Shown here: positions 16,561-25,070 of the stretch, in pieces
How positions within the stretch are numbered: the stretch's first letter is position 1
Layout: every line of letters starts with the position of its first letter
IMG/VR virus record: IMGVR_UViG_3300017727_002534
Location: 1 to 32,744 of that record
Direction: 5' to 3' (one strand)
DNA: 32,744 bases
Source of the DNA: a virus
Lineage: Duplodnaviria; Caudoviricetes
The notes under the pieces: model-generated
What the model saw: the letters and a program-made list of their open reading frames with translations, nothing else
What the model was told of the DNA's origin: nothing
Databases searched by the model: none
Program-made: the position numbers and the translations under genes

Positions 16561-17700
16561 ATGGTTAGATATATTTCTTTTAGTCCTTACTATTCTGGAC
16601 TAGTGAACATCATTATGTCATATGAAATGTTCCTAGCAATTGCTGCAATTACTAAGAGGAAGGTTATTCTTCCTCCAGATTGTTGGATGCTCTTTTTATC
16701 TAAGAGTCAGAAGAAAGAAGACTGGATTGACTTCTGGAAAATCTTTGATAAGGAAGTTCTTCTAGAAGAATTTGACTGCATTGAACATAATGATGTTCCC
16801 GAGTTTAAAGGAAAACTTGGAAAGATGCAGGGAAAAAATTCTTATACAAAACAAATTAAAAACTGTGAATTAGATCTTGCTGAAATCTTTTTTGAATCAT
16901 CTACAGTTTCTGATCAGCACACAGTATTTGTTAATAAAGAAATTGACACTCAAGATTATCATGATTTCTGCCACAATCGAACTGTGATGGAACTTGACTG
17001 TGATGAGCAGTTTATTCACTTTGAGAATAATCTTTTTGGTCACTACTGGTATCATGTTTATCCTGGTGGTGAAAACCTTAGGAATAAGTTAAAAGATAAA
17101 GTAAATCGAGTTCTAAGGTATCACGATAAATTTTACTTTTATGCAGATGCAGTTCGCAAAGAACTTGGAGAATTCAATTCAATTCATGTTAGAAGGAATG
17201 ATTTCTTAGAAGCAAGAGAGGATGATATTGCATGTGTAAATGCTCCTGAGAAGATACTGGAGATGGTAGACAGACTTCCATTTTATGACAAGTCTCTACC
17301 TCTTTATATTGCTACCGATGAGCAAGATAGATCATTCTTTAATTTGCTTGGGGAACAGTATAATATCCACTTCTACGAAGATTTTAAATATCAGTTTGGT
17401 GATGACTTTGAGGAAGATGATCTTCACATCGCAGTCTTAGAGCAAACTATATGTTCGCAATCTGAAAACTTCTTTGGAACATACCTCTCAACGTTCTCAA
17501 AAAGAATTAATATTATGAGAGGTCTTGAAGGTAGACAAGCAGAAGATCATTTTGGAATTAATCATCTACCAGAAGAACCTGATGAAAATTTAGATGATGT
17601 TTTTCCTTGGAGAAAAATGGCAGATGATACCTGGCAATGGAACTCATCTTCACATCTACAATGGATGCACGAAGAAAATGGTGAGTTAGTTGGAGTATGA
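16561..17700 (+). CDS. GDP-fucose protein O-fucosyltransferase-like glycosyltransferase (O-FucT/GT-B)
   Basis: GLVN...R..ILPP; SIHVRRNDF; LYIATDE; EQTICSQSENFFGTYLSTFS. Confidence 0.8.
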   Translation: MVRYISFSPYYSGLVNIIMSYEMFLAIAAITKRKVILPPDCWMLFLSKSQKKEDWIDFWKIFDKEVLLEEFDCIEHNDVPEFKGKLGKMQGKNSYTKQIKNCELDLAEIFFESSTVSDQHTVFVNKEIDTQDYHDFCHNRTVMELDCDEQFIHFENNLFGHYWYHVYPGGENLRNKLKDKVNRVLRYHDKFYFYADAVRKELGEFNSIHVRRNDFLEAREDDIACVNAPEKILEMVDRLPFYDKSLPLYIATDEQDRSFFNLLGEQYNIHFYEDFKYQFGDDFEEDDLHIAVLEQTICSQSENFFGTYLSTFSKRINIMRGLEGRQAEDHFGINHLPEEPDENLDDVFPWRKMADDTWQWNSSSHLQWMHEENGELVGV

Positions 17701-18392
17701 AAGACGTTTTACAACCCATATTTAATGATGTTCCTTTTAAGAAAGTAAAGGTTCCTGATAATCTTTATTCATTCATGATGGATGAATATGAGACCTTGGT
17801 TTTTGATATTAAAGATCAGGATATTGAATATGATAGAAACTATCAAACTTATACTAGTGGTGGAATTTCAATCAAAGGTTCCAGATCACCTTTCTGTATG
17901 AAGACTGAGATATCTCAGGAACTTTATAATATGTGTTATGATGAGATCACTCCTATGATTGAGGATTGGTCTGGTCAAGAGTTGGAGATGACTTGGGCAT
18001 ATGGGATTAGAAATTATGTTCGGGATTCCATACTACATCTTCACAGAGACCGAATTGAAACTCATATAATTAGTTGTATAATTTATGTTGACCAACAATC
18101 ACAAGAGAATTGGGCATTAGATTTCTTTGATCATGAACATAAGCATCATAAAGTTCTTTTTGAACCTGGTGATATGCTCTTCTACGAAAGTCTATGTTTG
18201 CATGGAAGAATTGATCCTTTCCAAGGAGATTATTATCGAAACATGTATTTCCACTGGAAACCGATTGATTGGTGGTATGACGACTTACACGACCTAAGAA
18301 CTGATTTTAGAGATGCAAGAGAATTTAGAAACTATTACGGAAAAGAATACCTCTACAACAGAGAAGAAAGAGTCATCCCTAGAATCTTTTGA
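17697..18392 (+). CDS. 2OG-Fe(II) oxygenase-like protein
   Basis: YGIR.Y...L.LHRD, PGDMLFYES...HGR; ATGA-coupled to the fucosyltransferase-like gene. Confidence 0.75.
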   Translation: MKDVLQPIFNDVPFKKVKVPDNLYSFMMDEYETLVFDIKDQDIEYDRNYQTYTSGGISIKGSRSPFCMKTEISQELYNMCYDEITPMIEDWSGQELEMTWAYGIRNYVRDSILHLHRDRIETHIISCIIYVDQQSQENWALDFFDHEHKHHKVLFEPGDMLFYESLCLHGRIDPFQGDYYRNMYFHWKPIDWWYDDLHDLRTDFRDAREFRNYYGKEYLYNREERVIPRIF

Positions 18393-18450
18393 ACCACCTG
18401 ACGAACTGGCACAGGAGGAACATGATGAGGACTATATTCTATGGTATCAT
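18391..18450 (+). promoter_or_regulatory. Putative early promoter: CCA-N10-TGGCACA upstream motif plus extended -10
   Basis: GAACCACCTGACGAACTGGCACA at 18391-18413; TGGTATCAT (TGn-TATCAT) at 18442-18450; weak -35. Confidence 0.5.
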
Positions 18451-18478
18451 AATCATAATCAGGGTTCCTGATACCACT

Positions 18479-18551
18479 GCTTCCTTAGCAATCTGGTGAA
18501 TGCAGCAAACTCATAATTTGCCTAAGGTGAGTTCGATCCTCACAGGAAGCA
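18479..18551 (+). tRNA. tRNA with CAU anticodon (elongator Met or Ile2)
   Basis: Acceptor GCTTCCT/AGGAAGC; anticodon arm GCAAA-CTCATAA-TTTGC; G1-C72 paired, so not an initiator. Confidence 0.9.
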
Positions 18552-18557
18552 TTGGGA

Positions 18558-18586
18558 TTGACTTTCAGTCCCAAATCTGATAAACT
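18558..18586 (+). promoter_or_regulatory. Sigma70-type promoter
   Basis: TTGACT-17nt-TAAACT, 23 nt before ATG 18610. Confidence 0.65.
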
Positions 18587-18609
18587 ACAAGAGTAACTTA
18601 CACAAGACA

Positions 18610-18825
18610 ATGACTATCACTGCTAAGTTCAAGAAGGATATCAATACCCTTCGTTCTGCTGCAAACGGTGAAATTCTTCTAGACGTGAAGAATCCAAAAC
18701 TTTTCAAAAAAGTACGTCGTTATTACGAGAACACTGGTGTCGTATTCTCTGGTGATCCACTTGATGATTATGATATTCTGATGGAACAAGTTGCTATTGA
18801 TCTTGAGTCTGTGGAGGTTGCATGA
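18610..18825 (+). CDS. Conserved cyanophage hypothetical protein
   Basis: LDVKNPKLFKKVRRYY...FSGDPLDDY. Confidence 0.8.
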   Translation: MTITAKFKKDINTLRSAANGEILLDVKNPKLFKKVRRYYENTGVVFSGDPLDDYDILMEQVAIDLESVEVA

Positions 18826-19097
18826 ACGATCTGGATCCTAAGTCGGTTGCTACCACTAAGACTATTGTAATTCACGAACGATTTCCCTATCGGTTCGTTC
18901 AAAGAGGTTACATTCAACTGAATGGTAAACCAGACTTTCGTATGCAAAAAGCAAATGAGTATACTAAAAAATACTCTGATGTTTATTTGTTTGACAATGG
19001 TGATCAAATGCTTCTTGCTATTGAAGACCCAGAATATCCTAAATGGTTAGATCCAGAAGGTGTTCCTTGTTATGTTACAGACTCGGTAAGTCGTTAA
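18822..19097 (+). CDS. Conserved cyanophage hypothetical protein
   Basis: ERFPYRFVQ.G...NG.PD.R.QK...KWLDPEGVPCY; ATGA overlap. Confidence 0.8.
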   Translation: MNDLDPKSVATTKTIVIHERFPYRFVQRGYIQLNGKPDFRMQKANEYTKKYSDVYLFDNGDQMLLAIEDPEYPKWLDPEGVPCYVTDSVSR

Positions 19098-19103
19098 TAA
19101 AAT

Positions 19104-20651
19104 ATGTTTAACCTAGGTATTCATGGTTCTCACAATGCAACACTTGTATTGTCCTATGAAAGTGAAGTTTTAGAAGTAGTAGAACTTGAGAGATTTATCT
19201 CTCATAAAAATGCTGCTCTATATTTTTATGAGAATCCTCCTCGCAGAACTGAGTATGTGAGAGAGATTAGTGAATACTTTAAAACAAAGTATAACTTCAC
19301 TGAATACGATGTAGTCATTGCTAATTCAATGCCTGAAGAAGTATTCCCTTGGAAAGATGTATTTGGTAATGCCGATATTGAGTATTGTGATCATCACGTT
19401 GCTCATGCTTGTTCTGCCTTCTATCAGTCACCATACAATGAAGCACTAGTTGTTTCTTTTGATGGTGGTTCTGATGAGGGTTTTTTTAATGTCTATACCA
19501 TTGAGAGAGGTGAAGACCCAGTAAAGTTGTATTCTGGTAAGAAAGATTATGCTGTCTCTTATATGGCAGCTGCTCATTTCATTCCTGCTATTCGCAACGA
19601 AGATGATATTTACAAAGGTAATCTAGTTTATCCTGGTAAATTGATGGGTTATGTTGGTTATGGTAAATATCGTGCTGATATTGCTAATAAGTTGATTCAA
19701 TTTTATGAATCAAATACTTATGATGATGTTCCAGATGCCGTCTGTAGATTTGTAAAAAAGTTTGGACTAGAAGACTGGTCTGAACAATTTGGATTACAGT
19801 TTGCACAAGACATTGCAACAACAAATCAAATTGTATTTGAGAAGTTGTTCAGGGAAGAGATACAACCATTTCTAGATAAGTATCCAGAGTTACCTTTGGT
19901 TTTGACTGGTGGTTGTGCATTGAATATTATTAACAATACTAACATTGCACGTGAACGTGAACTGTATGTACCACCAAATCCCAGTGATTGTGGTATTGCT
20001 TTAGGAGCATTACTATCTCTTGTTAGACCTGGTTATCAAATTGATGTAACTTATGCTGGTTCTCCCGTATGGGATAGAATGAATATAGGTAGACATCTAC
20101 GTGAAAGAACATCATGGGCAACTAATGCTAAAGAAATGGCAGAGATTATTTCTGGTGGTGGTATTCTTGGTGTAGTTCGTGGTGGATCTGAACATGGTCC
20201 TAGAGCACTCGGGAATAGAAGTCTCTTATGTGATGCGACTAATCCTGACATGAAAGATATTATGAATCTTGATGTGAAGAATCGGGAATCGTTTAGACCT
20301 TTTTCTCCTATTGTAAGACTTGAAGATTTAAACAAGTATTTTGATTGGGAGAAGGAGTCTAGACATATGTCCTTTTCACCTGAAGTAAGACCAGAGTATC
20401 GTAAATTACTATCTTCTGTTACTCATGTAGACGGAACTGCAAGAGTTCAAACAGTTACTAGAGATCAGAATGAATATATCTATCAGATCCTAGGTGAACT
20501 AGATACTATGACTGGTCATGGAGTTCTACTCAATACTTCTTTTAACGTAGCAGGTAAACCAATCCTGAATACATATAAGGAAGCATTTGAAGTTCTTGAT
20601 GCAAAACCCATAACTGGGTTACTTTTAGAAGATTACTATTTTCCAAAATGA
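19104..20651 (+). CDS. O-carbamoyltransferase (NodU/CmcH/TobZ family)
   Basis: HHVAHA, DGGSD, GKLMG, GGCALN, PSDCG, EHGPRALGNRS, RESFRPFSP, HVDGTARVQTV, LNTSFN. Confidence 0.95.
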   Translation: MFNLGIHGSHNATLVLSYESEVLEVVELERFISHKNAALYFYENPPRRTEYVREISEYFKTKYNFTEYDVVIANSMPEEVFPWKDVFGNADIEYCDHHVAHACSAFYQSPYNEALVVSFDGGSDEGFFNVYTIERGEDPVKLYSGKKDYAVSYMAAAHFIPAIRNEDDIYKGNLVYPGKLMGYVGYGKYRADIANKLIQFYESNTYDDVPDAVCRFVKKFGLEDWSEQFGLQFAQDIATTNQIVFEKLFREEIQPFLDKYPELPLVLTGGCALNIINNTNIARERELYVPPNPSDCGIALGALLSLVRPGYQIDVTYAGSPVWDRMNIGRHLRERTSWATNAKEMAEIISGGGILGVVRGGSEHGPRALGNRSLLCDATNPDMKDIMNLDVKNRESFRPFSPIVRLEDLNKYFDWEKESRHMSFSPEVRPEYRKLLSSVTHVDGTARVQTVTRDQNEYIYQILGELDTMTGHGVLLNTSFNVAGKPILNTYKEAFEVLDAKPITGLLLEDYYFPK

Positions 20652-20995
20652 ATCACGTAGATAAACCATGGGGTTGGTATAAAGATCTTGAAAGACATCA
20701 TAATGTGGTGATTAAAAAGATTTATGTTAAGCCCTTCAAGAGAATTTCTCTTCAAAAACATGCTCATAGAGACGAGTTTTGGTATATTCTTTCTGGTTCT
20801 GGGGAGGTAATTGTTGGTAATGAAAATTTACTAGCAAATCCAGGTGTATCTTTTATTATTGGTAGAGGTGAAGTTCATAGAATTACAGCAAAGTCTGATG
20901 GTATTACTTTCCTAGAAGTTCAAGAAGGTGAATGTAGAGAAGATGATATTGTCCGTTTAGAGGATGATTATAATAGAGTCACGGATGGACTGTAA
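20648..20995 (+). CDS. Mannose-6-phosphate isomerase type II cupin domain, stand-alone
   Basis: KPWGWY, SLQKHAHRDEFW, HR, EVQ.G...EDDIVRLEDDYNR. Confidence 0.88.
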   Translation: MNHVDKPWGWYKDLERHHNVVIKKIYVKPFKRISLQKHAHRDEFWYILSGSGEVIVGNENLLANPGVSFIIGRGEVHRITAKSDGITFLEVQEGECREDDIVRLEDDYNRVTDGL

Positions 20996-21064
20996 CAGAA
21001 CTGGTGGAGTCAATTTTGACCCTATTAGGTTTCTTGTTTCCTTAAAAAACAAGTGGCGAGCCTG
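20977..21064 (+). ncRNA. Candidate cyanophage structured RNA (wcaG/manA motif-like)
   Basis: Several hairpins and two UGGYG boxes (21002-21006, 21054-21058), in a sugar-gene context. Confidence 0.6.
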
Positions 21065-21073
21065 CAAGACCCT

Positions 21074-21097
21074 GAGGGAATCTTTCCCTCTTTTTTT
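21074..21097 (+). terminator. Intrinsic terminator
   Basis: GAGGGAA-TCT-TTCCCTC followed by T7. Confidence 0.85.
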
Positions 21098-21099
21098 AT

Positions 21100-21107
21100 T
21101 CTAAATA
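21100..21107 (+). promoter_or_regulatory. Late promoter variant (TCTAAATA)
   Basis: Right after the terminator, 26 nt before ATG 21134. Confidence 0.55.
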
Positions 21108-21133
21108 TTACATGACGTTTAAATCAAATTAAC

Positions 21134-21451
21134 ATGGCATACAAAGGACAAGCAGCAAAGTCTGCAAGTGGTGCATCTATGTCAAAGTATGACGTAGAAG
21201 TCGAAGCAAGACTAACAGCACTAGAAACAGAATCACATACAAAACCAACTGGTGCTACTGCAGCAAAGGTTGAAGAAAGACTATCTGCTTTAGAAGCAAA
21301 AGCACACACACCTTGCACTGGTGGTGGTAAAGGTGCTAAAGTAGATGCATCAAAACTTCCTGCAATGCCTCCTAGAAAATCAACTCCTGATACTAAGAGA
21401 ATTGATGCACTAGAAGCAAAAATTGAAGCACTAATTGCACAACTTTCCTGA
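21134..21451 (+). CDS. Small repeat-containing coiled-coil protein
   Basis: Three R(L/I)xALE repeats with Pro/Thr/Lys-rich linkers. Confidence 0.75.
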   Translation: MAYKGQAAKSASGASMSKYDVEVEARLTALETESHTKPTGATAAKVEERLSALEAKAHTPCTGGGKGAKVDASKLPAMPPRKSTPDTKRIDALEAKIEALIAQLS

Positions 21452-21457
21452 TGACTT

Positions 21458-22072
21458 ATGTCAATTGAATTGATTCCTTTATTTTCTGTCCCTGTTATTA
21501 AATTTAAGTTTAGTAAGCATAGCAATTATAACTTCCCAACCATCGAAAGGAAAGAACGTATTCCTGATGGGTGGGAACTTTCGCTTAATAGTACTTATCC
21601 AGAGATAGAAGATCATGACTCATATGTTTCTCCTCTTGTTAGAGACACTATGGAAAATGATCTATTCAATGATGTGCGAGCAGTCTTGAAAAGACTTGAT
21701 ATATCTTATGACAACATCTTTATGAAGGATTTTTGGTATAATATTTACCATGAAGATCAAGGACAAGAACCGCATGACCATCTAGGAAATGCTGGAGACC
21801 CAAATTCATATTGGTCATGTATCTATTATAATAGAGGAGCAACACCAACAAAGTTTCATAATGCTCATAGATATATGAAACTATGTCAACCAATTCATAT
21901 TGGAGAAGATTCTCCACTGTATGATATGTACGTTGATATGCATGATCAAGAAGTAGATGATGGAGATGTAATTTTATTTCCACCCTGGATGGTTCATGAA
22001 GTTGTTCCTCAGAAGAGAGTTGATGAAATGAGATTGACATTTACATTTAATATAGGATATAATCATGAGTAA
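21458..22072 (+). CDS. 2OG-Fe(II) oxygenase-like protein
   Basis: [34 protein letters not shown]. Confidence 0.8.
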   Translation: MSIELIPLFSVPVIKFKFSKHSNYNFPTIERKERIPDGWELSLNSTYPEIEDHDSYVSPLVRDTMENDLFNDVRAVLKRLDISYDNIFMKDFWYNIYHEDQGQEPHDHLGNAGDPNSYWSCIYYNRGATPTKFHNAHRYMKLCQPIHIGEDSPLYDMYVDMHDQEVDDGDVILFPPWMVHEVVPQKRVDEMRLTFTFNIGYNHE

Positions 22073-23093
22073 TGCGAAGAATAAAATGAAGACAGCATTA
22101 ATTACTGGTATCACTGGACAGGATGGTTCTTATCTTGCCGAGTTGCTACTTGAAAAGGGATATATGGTTCATGGTATTGTTAGGAGAGCATCTCTGATTA
22201 ATACTGCTCGTATCGATCATATCTTTGATCATGAACGAGTTAAGTTGCACTATGGTGATCTATCTGATTCCGCAAATATTGTTCACATCCTTCAGAAATG
22301 TAAACCTGATGAGATTTACAATCTTGCTGCACAGAGTCATGTGAAGGTATCTTTTGAGATGCCTGAGTATACTGGTAATGTTGATGGTTTAGGAACACTT
22401 CGTATCCTTGAGGCAGTTCGTATTTTGGGTATGGAGGAGAAGTGCCGTATCTATCAAGCATCAACTTCTGAGATGTATGGTCTTGTTCAGGAATCTCCTC
22501 AGACTGAGACTACACCCTTCTATCCACGTTCTCCCTATGGGTGTGCAAAGGTTTACTCCTATTGGATCACAAAGAACTATCGTGAGTCCTATGGAATGTA
22601 TGCTTGTACTGGAATTTTATTCAATCATGAATCACCTCGTCGTGGTGAGACCTTTGTAACTCGTAAGATTACTCGTGGTCTTTCTCGTATTTCTGTTGGA
22701 GAGCAGAAGGTTCTCTATCTTGGAAACCTAGATGCAAAACGAGATTGGGGACATGCAAAAGATTATGTCCGTGCTATGTGGATGATGTTGCAGCAGGATG
22801 AACCTGATGACTTTGTAATTGCTACTGGCAATCAGTATTCTGTTCGTGAATTTGTGGAGAAGGTTGCTCCTTACTTTGGAATTACAATTGAATGGGTTGG
22901 TGAAGGTGATGATGAAATTGGTATGGATAAGCATACTAGAAAAACAATTATTGCAGTCCATCCTAAATATTACCGTCCTGCCGAAGTTGAAACTCTTCTT
23001 GGTGATCCAACCAAAGCAAAAGAGAAACTAGGATGGGAACCTGAAATTTCTTTCGATGAACTAATTGAGGATATGTGTATCTATGGACAATGA
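22065..23093 (+). CDS. gmd: GDP-mannose 4,6-dehydratase (start may be 22086)
   Basis: [56 protein letters not shown]. Confidence 0.97.
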   Translation: MSNAKNKMKTALITGITGQDGSYLAELLLEKGYMVHGIVRRASLINTARIDHIFDHERVKLHYGDLSDSANIVHILQKCKPDEIYNLAAQSHVKVSFEMPEYTGNVDGLGTLRILEAVRILGMEEKCRIYQASTSEMYGLVQESPQTETTPFYPRSPYGCAKVYSYWITKNYRESYGMYACTGILFNHESPRRGETFVTRKITRGLSRISVGEQKVLYLGNLDAKRDWGHAKDYVRAMWMMLQQDEPDDFVIATGNQYSVREFVEKVAPYFGITIEWVGEGDDEIGMDKHTRKTIIAVHPKYYRPAEVETLLGDPTKAKEKLGWEPEISFDELIEDMCIYGQ

Positions 23094-24084
23094 TTCCAGA
23101 ATTTTTCTTGCTGGTCATAATGGTTTAGTTGGATCAGCAATTCTTAGAAAATTAAAGAAGGAAGGATATAATAATGTTATTCTTGCCGATAGATCAGTTG
23201 ATCTTAGGAAATATAATGAGGTAAGTTCATTTATTAGTGAATCACGACCAGATTATATTATCTGTGCTGCTGCAAAAGTTGGTGGTATTCTTGGTAATAG
23301 GGATTACAAAGCAGAGATCATCTTCGATAATCTAATGATTCAATCGAATATGATTGATCTGGCATGGGATTGGAGAGTTAAAAAACTTCTTTTCCTAGGG
23401 TCATCTTGTATCTATCCAAAACATGCTCCGATTCCAATTAAAGAATCTTCTCTATTGACTGGTCCTTTGGAACCAACGAATGATGCTTATGCAATTGCAA
23501 AGATTGCTGGTATTAAGATGTGTCAGTCATATCATGAACAGTATGGATGCAACTTTATTAGTGCAATGCCTTGTAATCTATATGGACCTGGTGATAACTT
23601 TCACCCAGAAAAGTCTCATGTTCTTCCTGGAATGATTCGTAGATTCCACAAAGCAAAGGAAGAAAATCTACCAACAGTAACTTGTTGGGGTGATGGATCA
23701 CCTTTACGTGAGTTTTTACATGTGGATGATCTTGCGAGTGCATGTATACACTTGATGAATAACTATGATGATCCTCAGCAAATTATTAATGTTGGAACAG
23801 GAATTGAAGTTTCAATTAAAGAACTGGCAGAGACCATTGCTGATGTAGTAGGATATGAGGGTCTCATTATGTGGGACACTGAAAAACCAAATGGAACTAT
23901 GCGTAAAGTAATGGATACTTCCAGAATCAAAGCAACTGGATGGGAACCAAAGGTTAGTTTGCGTGAAGGTATTGAGTTTACTTATGCTTGGTTTGTTGAT
24001 TCCATGGGTGGAATTAGAGGCATGGATGATGAAGTGAATGAAATACTTAAAAAAAATTGTTGTGAAGGGTGTGGTGGAGAATGA
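23083..24084 (+). CDS. fcl: GDP-L-fucose synthase
   Basis: [54 protein letters not shown]. Confidence 0.96.
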   Translation: MDNDSRIFLAGHNGLVGSAILRKLKKEGYNNVILADRSVDLRKYNEVSSFISESRPDYIICAAAKVGGILGNRDYKAEIIFDNLMIQSNMIDLAWDWRVKKLLFLGSSCIYPKHAPIPIKESSLLTGPLEPTNDAYAIAKIAGIKMCQSYHEQYGCNFISAMPCNLYGPGDNFHPEKSHVLPGMIRRFHKAKEENLPTVTCWGDGSPLREFLHVDDLASACIHLMNNYDDPQQIINVGTGIEVSIKELAETIADVVGYEGLIMWDTEKPNGTMRKVMDTSRIKATGWEPKVSLREGIEFTYAWFVDSMGGIRGMDDEVNEILKKNCCEGCGGE

Positions 24085-25070
24085 AATCAGCATTAGTATG
24101 TGGAGCAGGTGGATTCATCGGAAGCCACATGGTTCGTCGTCTTAAGAAAGAAGGATATTGGGTTCGTGGAGTCGATCTAAAGTACCCAGAGTTTTCAGAA
24201 ACAGAAGCAGATGAGTTTATTATTGGTGATTTGACTGATGATGCATTAGCATTGAATGTTTGTAATCGATCCTTTGATGAGATCTATCAGTTTGCTGCTG
24301 ACATGGGTGGTGCGGGTTATCTCTTTACGGGTGAGAATGATGCAAATATTATGCACAATTCCGTTCAGATTAATTTGAATGTTTTAAGAGCAGCATCAAT
24401 TACTTCGATTGATACTACAAAGATTTTTTATTCATCTTCTGCTTGTGTCTATTCAGAACTCAACCAGGAGGATGTAAATCACATTGATACATCTGAGGCA
24501 AGTGTATATCCTGCACAACCAGACTCTGAGTATGGGTGGGAGAAACTATTCAGTGAGAGACTGTATTTTGCCTTTGCGAAGCAGTATGATATGGATGTAA
24601 AGGTTGCTCGTTATCACAATGTATTTGGTCCTGAGGGAACTTGGACTGGTGGTAAGGAGAAAGTACCTGCTGCTATGTGCCGCAAGGTTGCAGAGGTTCC
24701 TGAAGTTGGTGGACATGTTCAGGTTTGGGGTAATGGAGAACAGACTCGTTCTTTCCTATTCATTGATGAATGCATTGAAGCAACATATCGTTTGATGCAA
24801 TCCGATTGGAGTGGACCAGTTAATATTGGTTCTGAAGAGATGGTTAGTATCAATGACCTTGTAGATATTGTTTCTAGTGTTGCTGGAAAACCAGTTCGTA
24901 GAGTTCATAAGATTGATGCCAATTGTATTGGTGTAAAGGCACGTAACTCAAACAATGATTTGATTCGTAAGATGTTAGAATGGGACTATACAATGTCCTT
25001 AAGAGATGGTATTGAAATTACTTACGATTGGATTAGTACACAAGTTCGGGAGTCTAATAAATGTTCTTAG
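24081..25070 (+). CDS. GDP-mannose 3,5-epimerase-like extended SDR
   Basis: GAGGFIGSH, AADMGGAG, SSACVY, YGWEK, GPEGTWTGGKEKVPAAMCRK, WGNGEQTRSF. Confidence 0.85.
   Translation: MKSALVCGAGGFIGSHMVRRLKKEGYWVRGVDLKYPEFSETEADEFIIGDLTDDALALNVCNRSFDEIYQFAADMGGAGYLFTGENDANIMHNSVQINLNVLRAASITSIDTTKIFYSSSACVYSELNQEDVNHIDTSEASVYPAQPDSEYGWEKLFSERLYFAFAKQYDMDVKVARYHNVFGPEGTWTGGKEKVPAAMCRKVAEVPEVGGHVQVWGNGEQTRSFLFIDECIEATYRLMQSDWSGPVNIGSEEMVSINDLVDIVSSVAGKPVRRVHKIDANCIGVKARNSNNDLIRKMLEWDYTMSLRDGIEITYDWISTQVRESNKCS

Noticed and set aside
18440-18478. Degenerate tRNA ending in GGTTCC...CCA
   Set aside because: No cloverleaf; better explained as an extended -10 plus a 5' hairpin.
461-22072. TET/JBP-type DNA hypermodification as the established role of the oxygenases
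   Set aside because: The motifs look P4H/PKHD-like or generic and no partner DNA methylase is present; kept only as an alternative hypothesis.
24081-25070. Phage ascorbate (Smirnoff-Wheeler) pathway feeding the oxygenases
   Set aside because: Only the GME-like step is present; no GDP-L-galactose phosphorylase, phosphatase or dehydrogenases are in the window.
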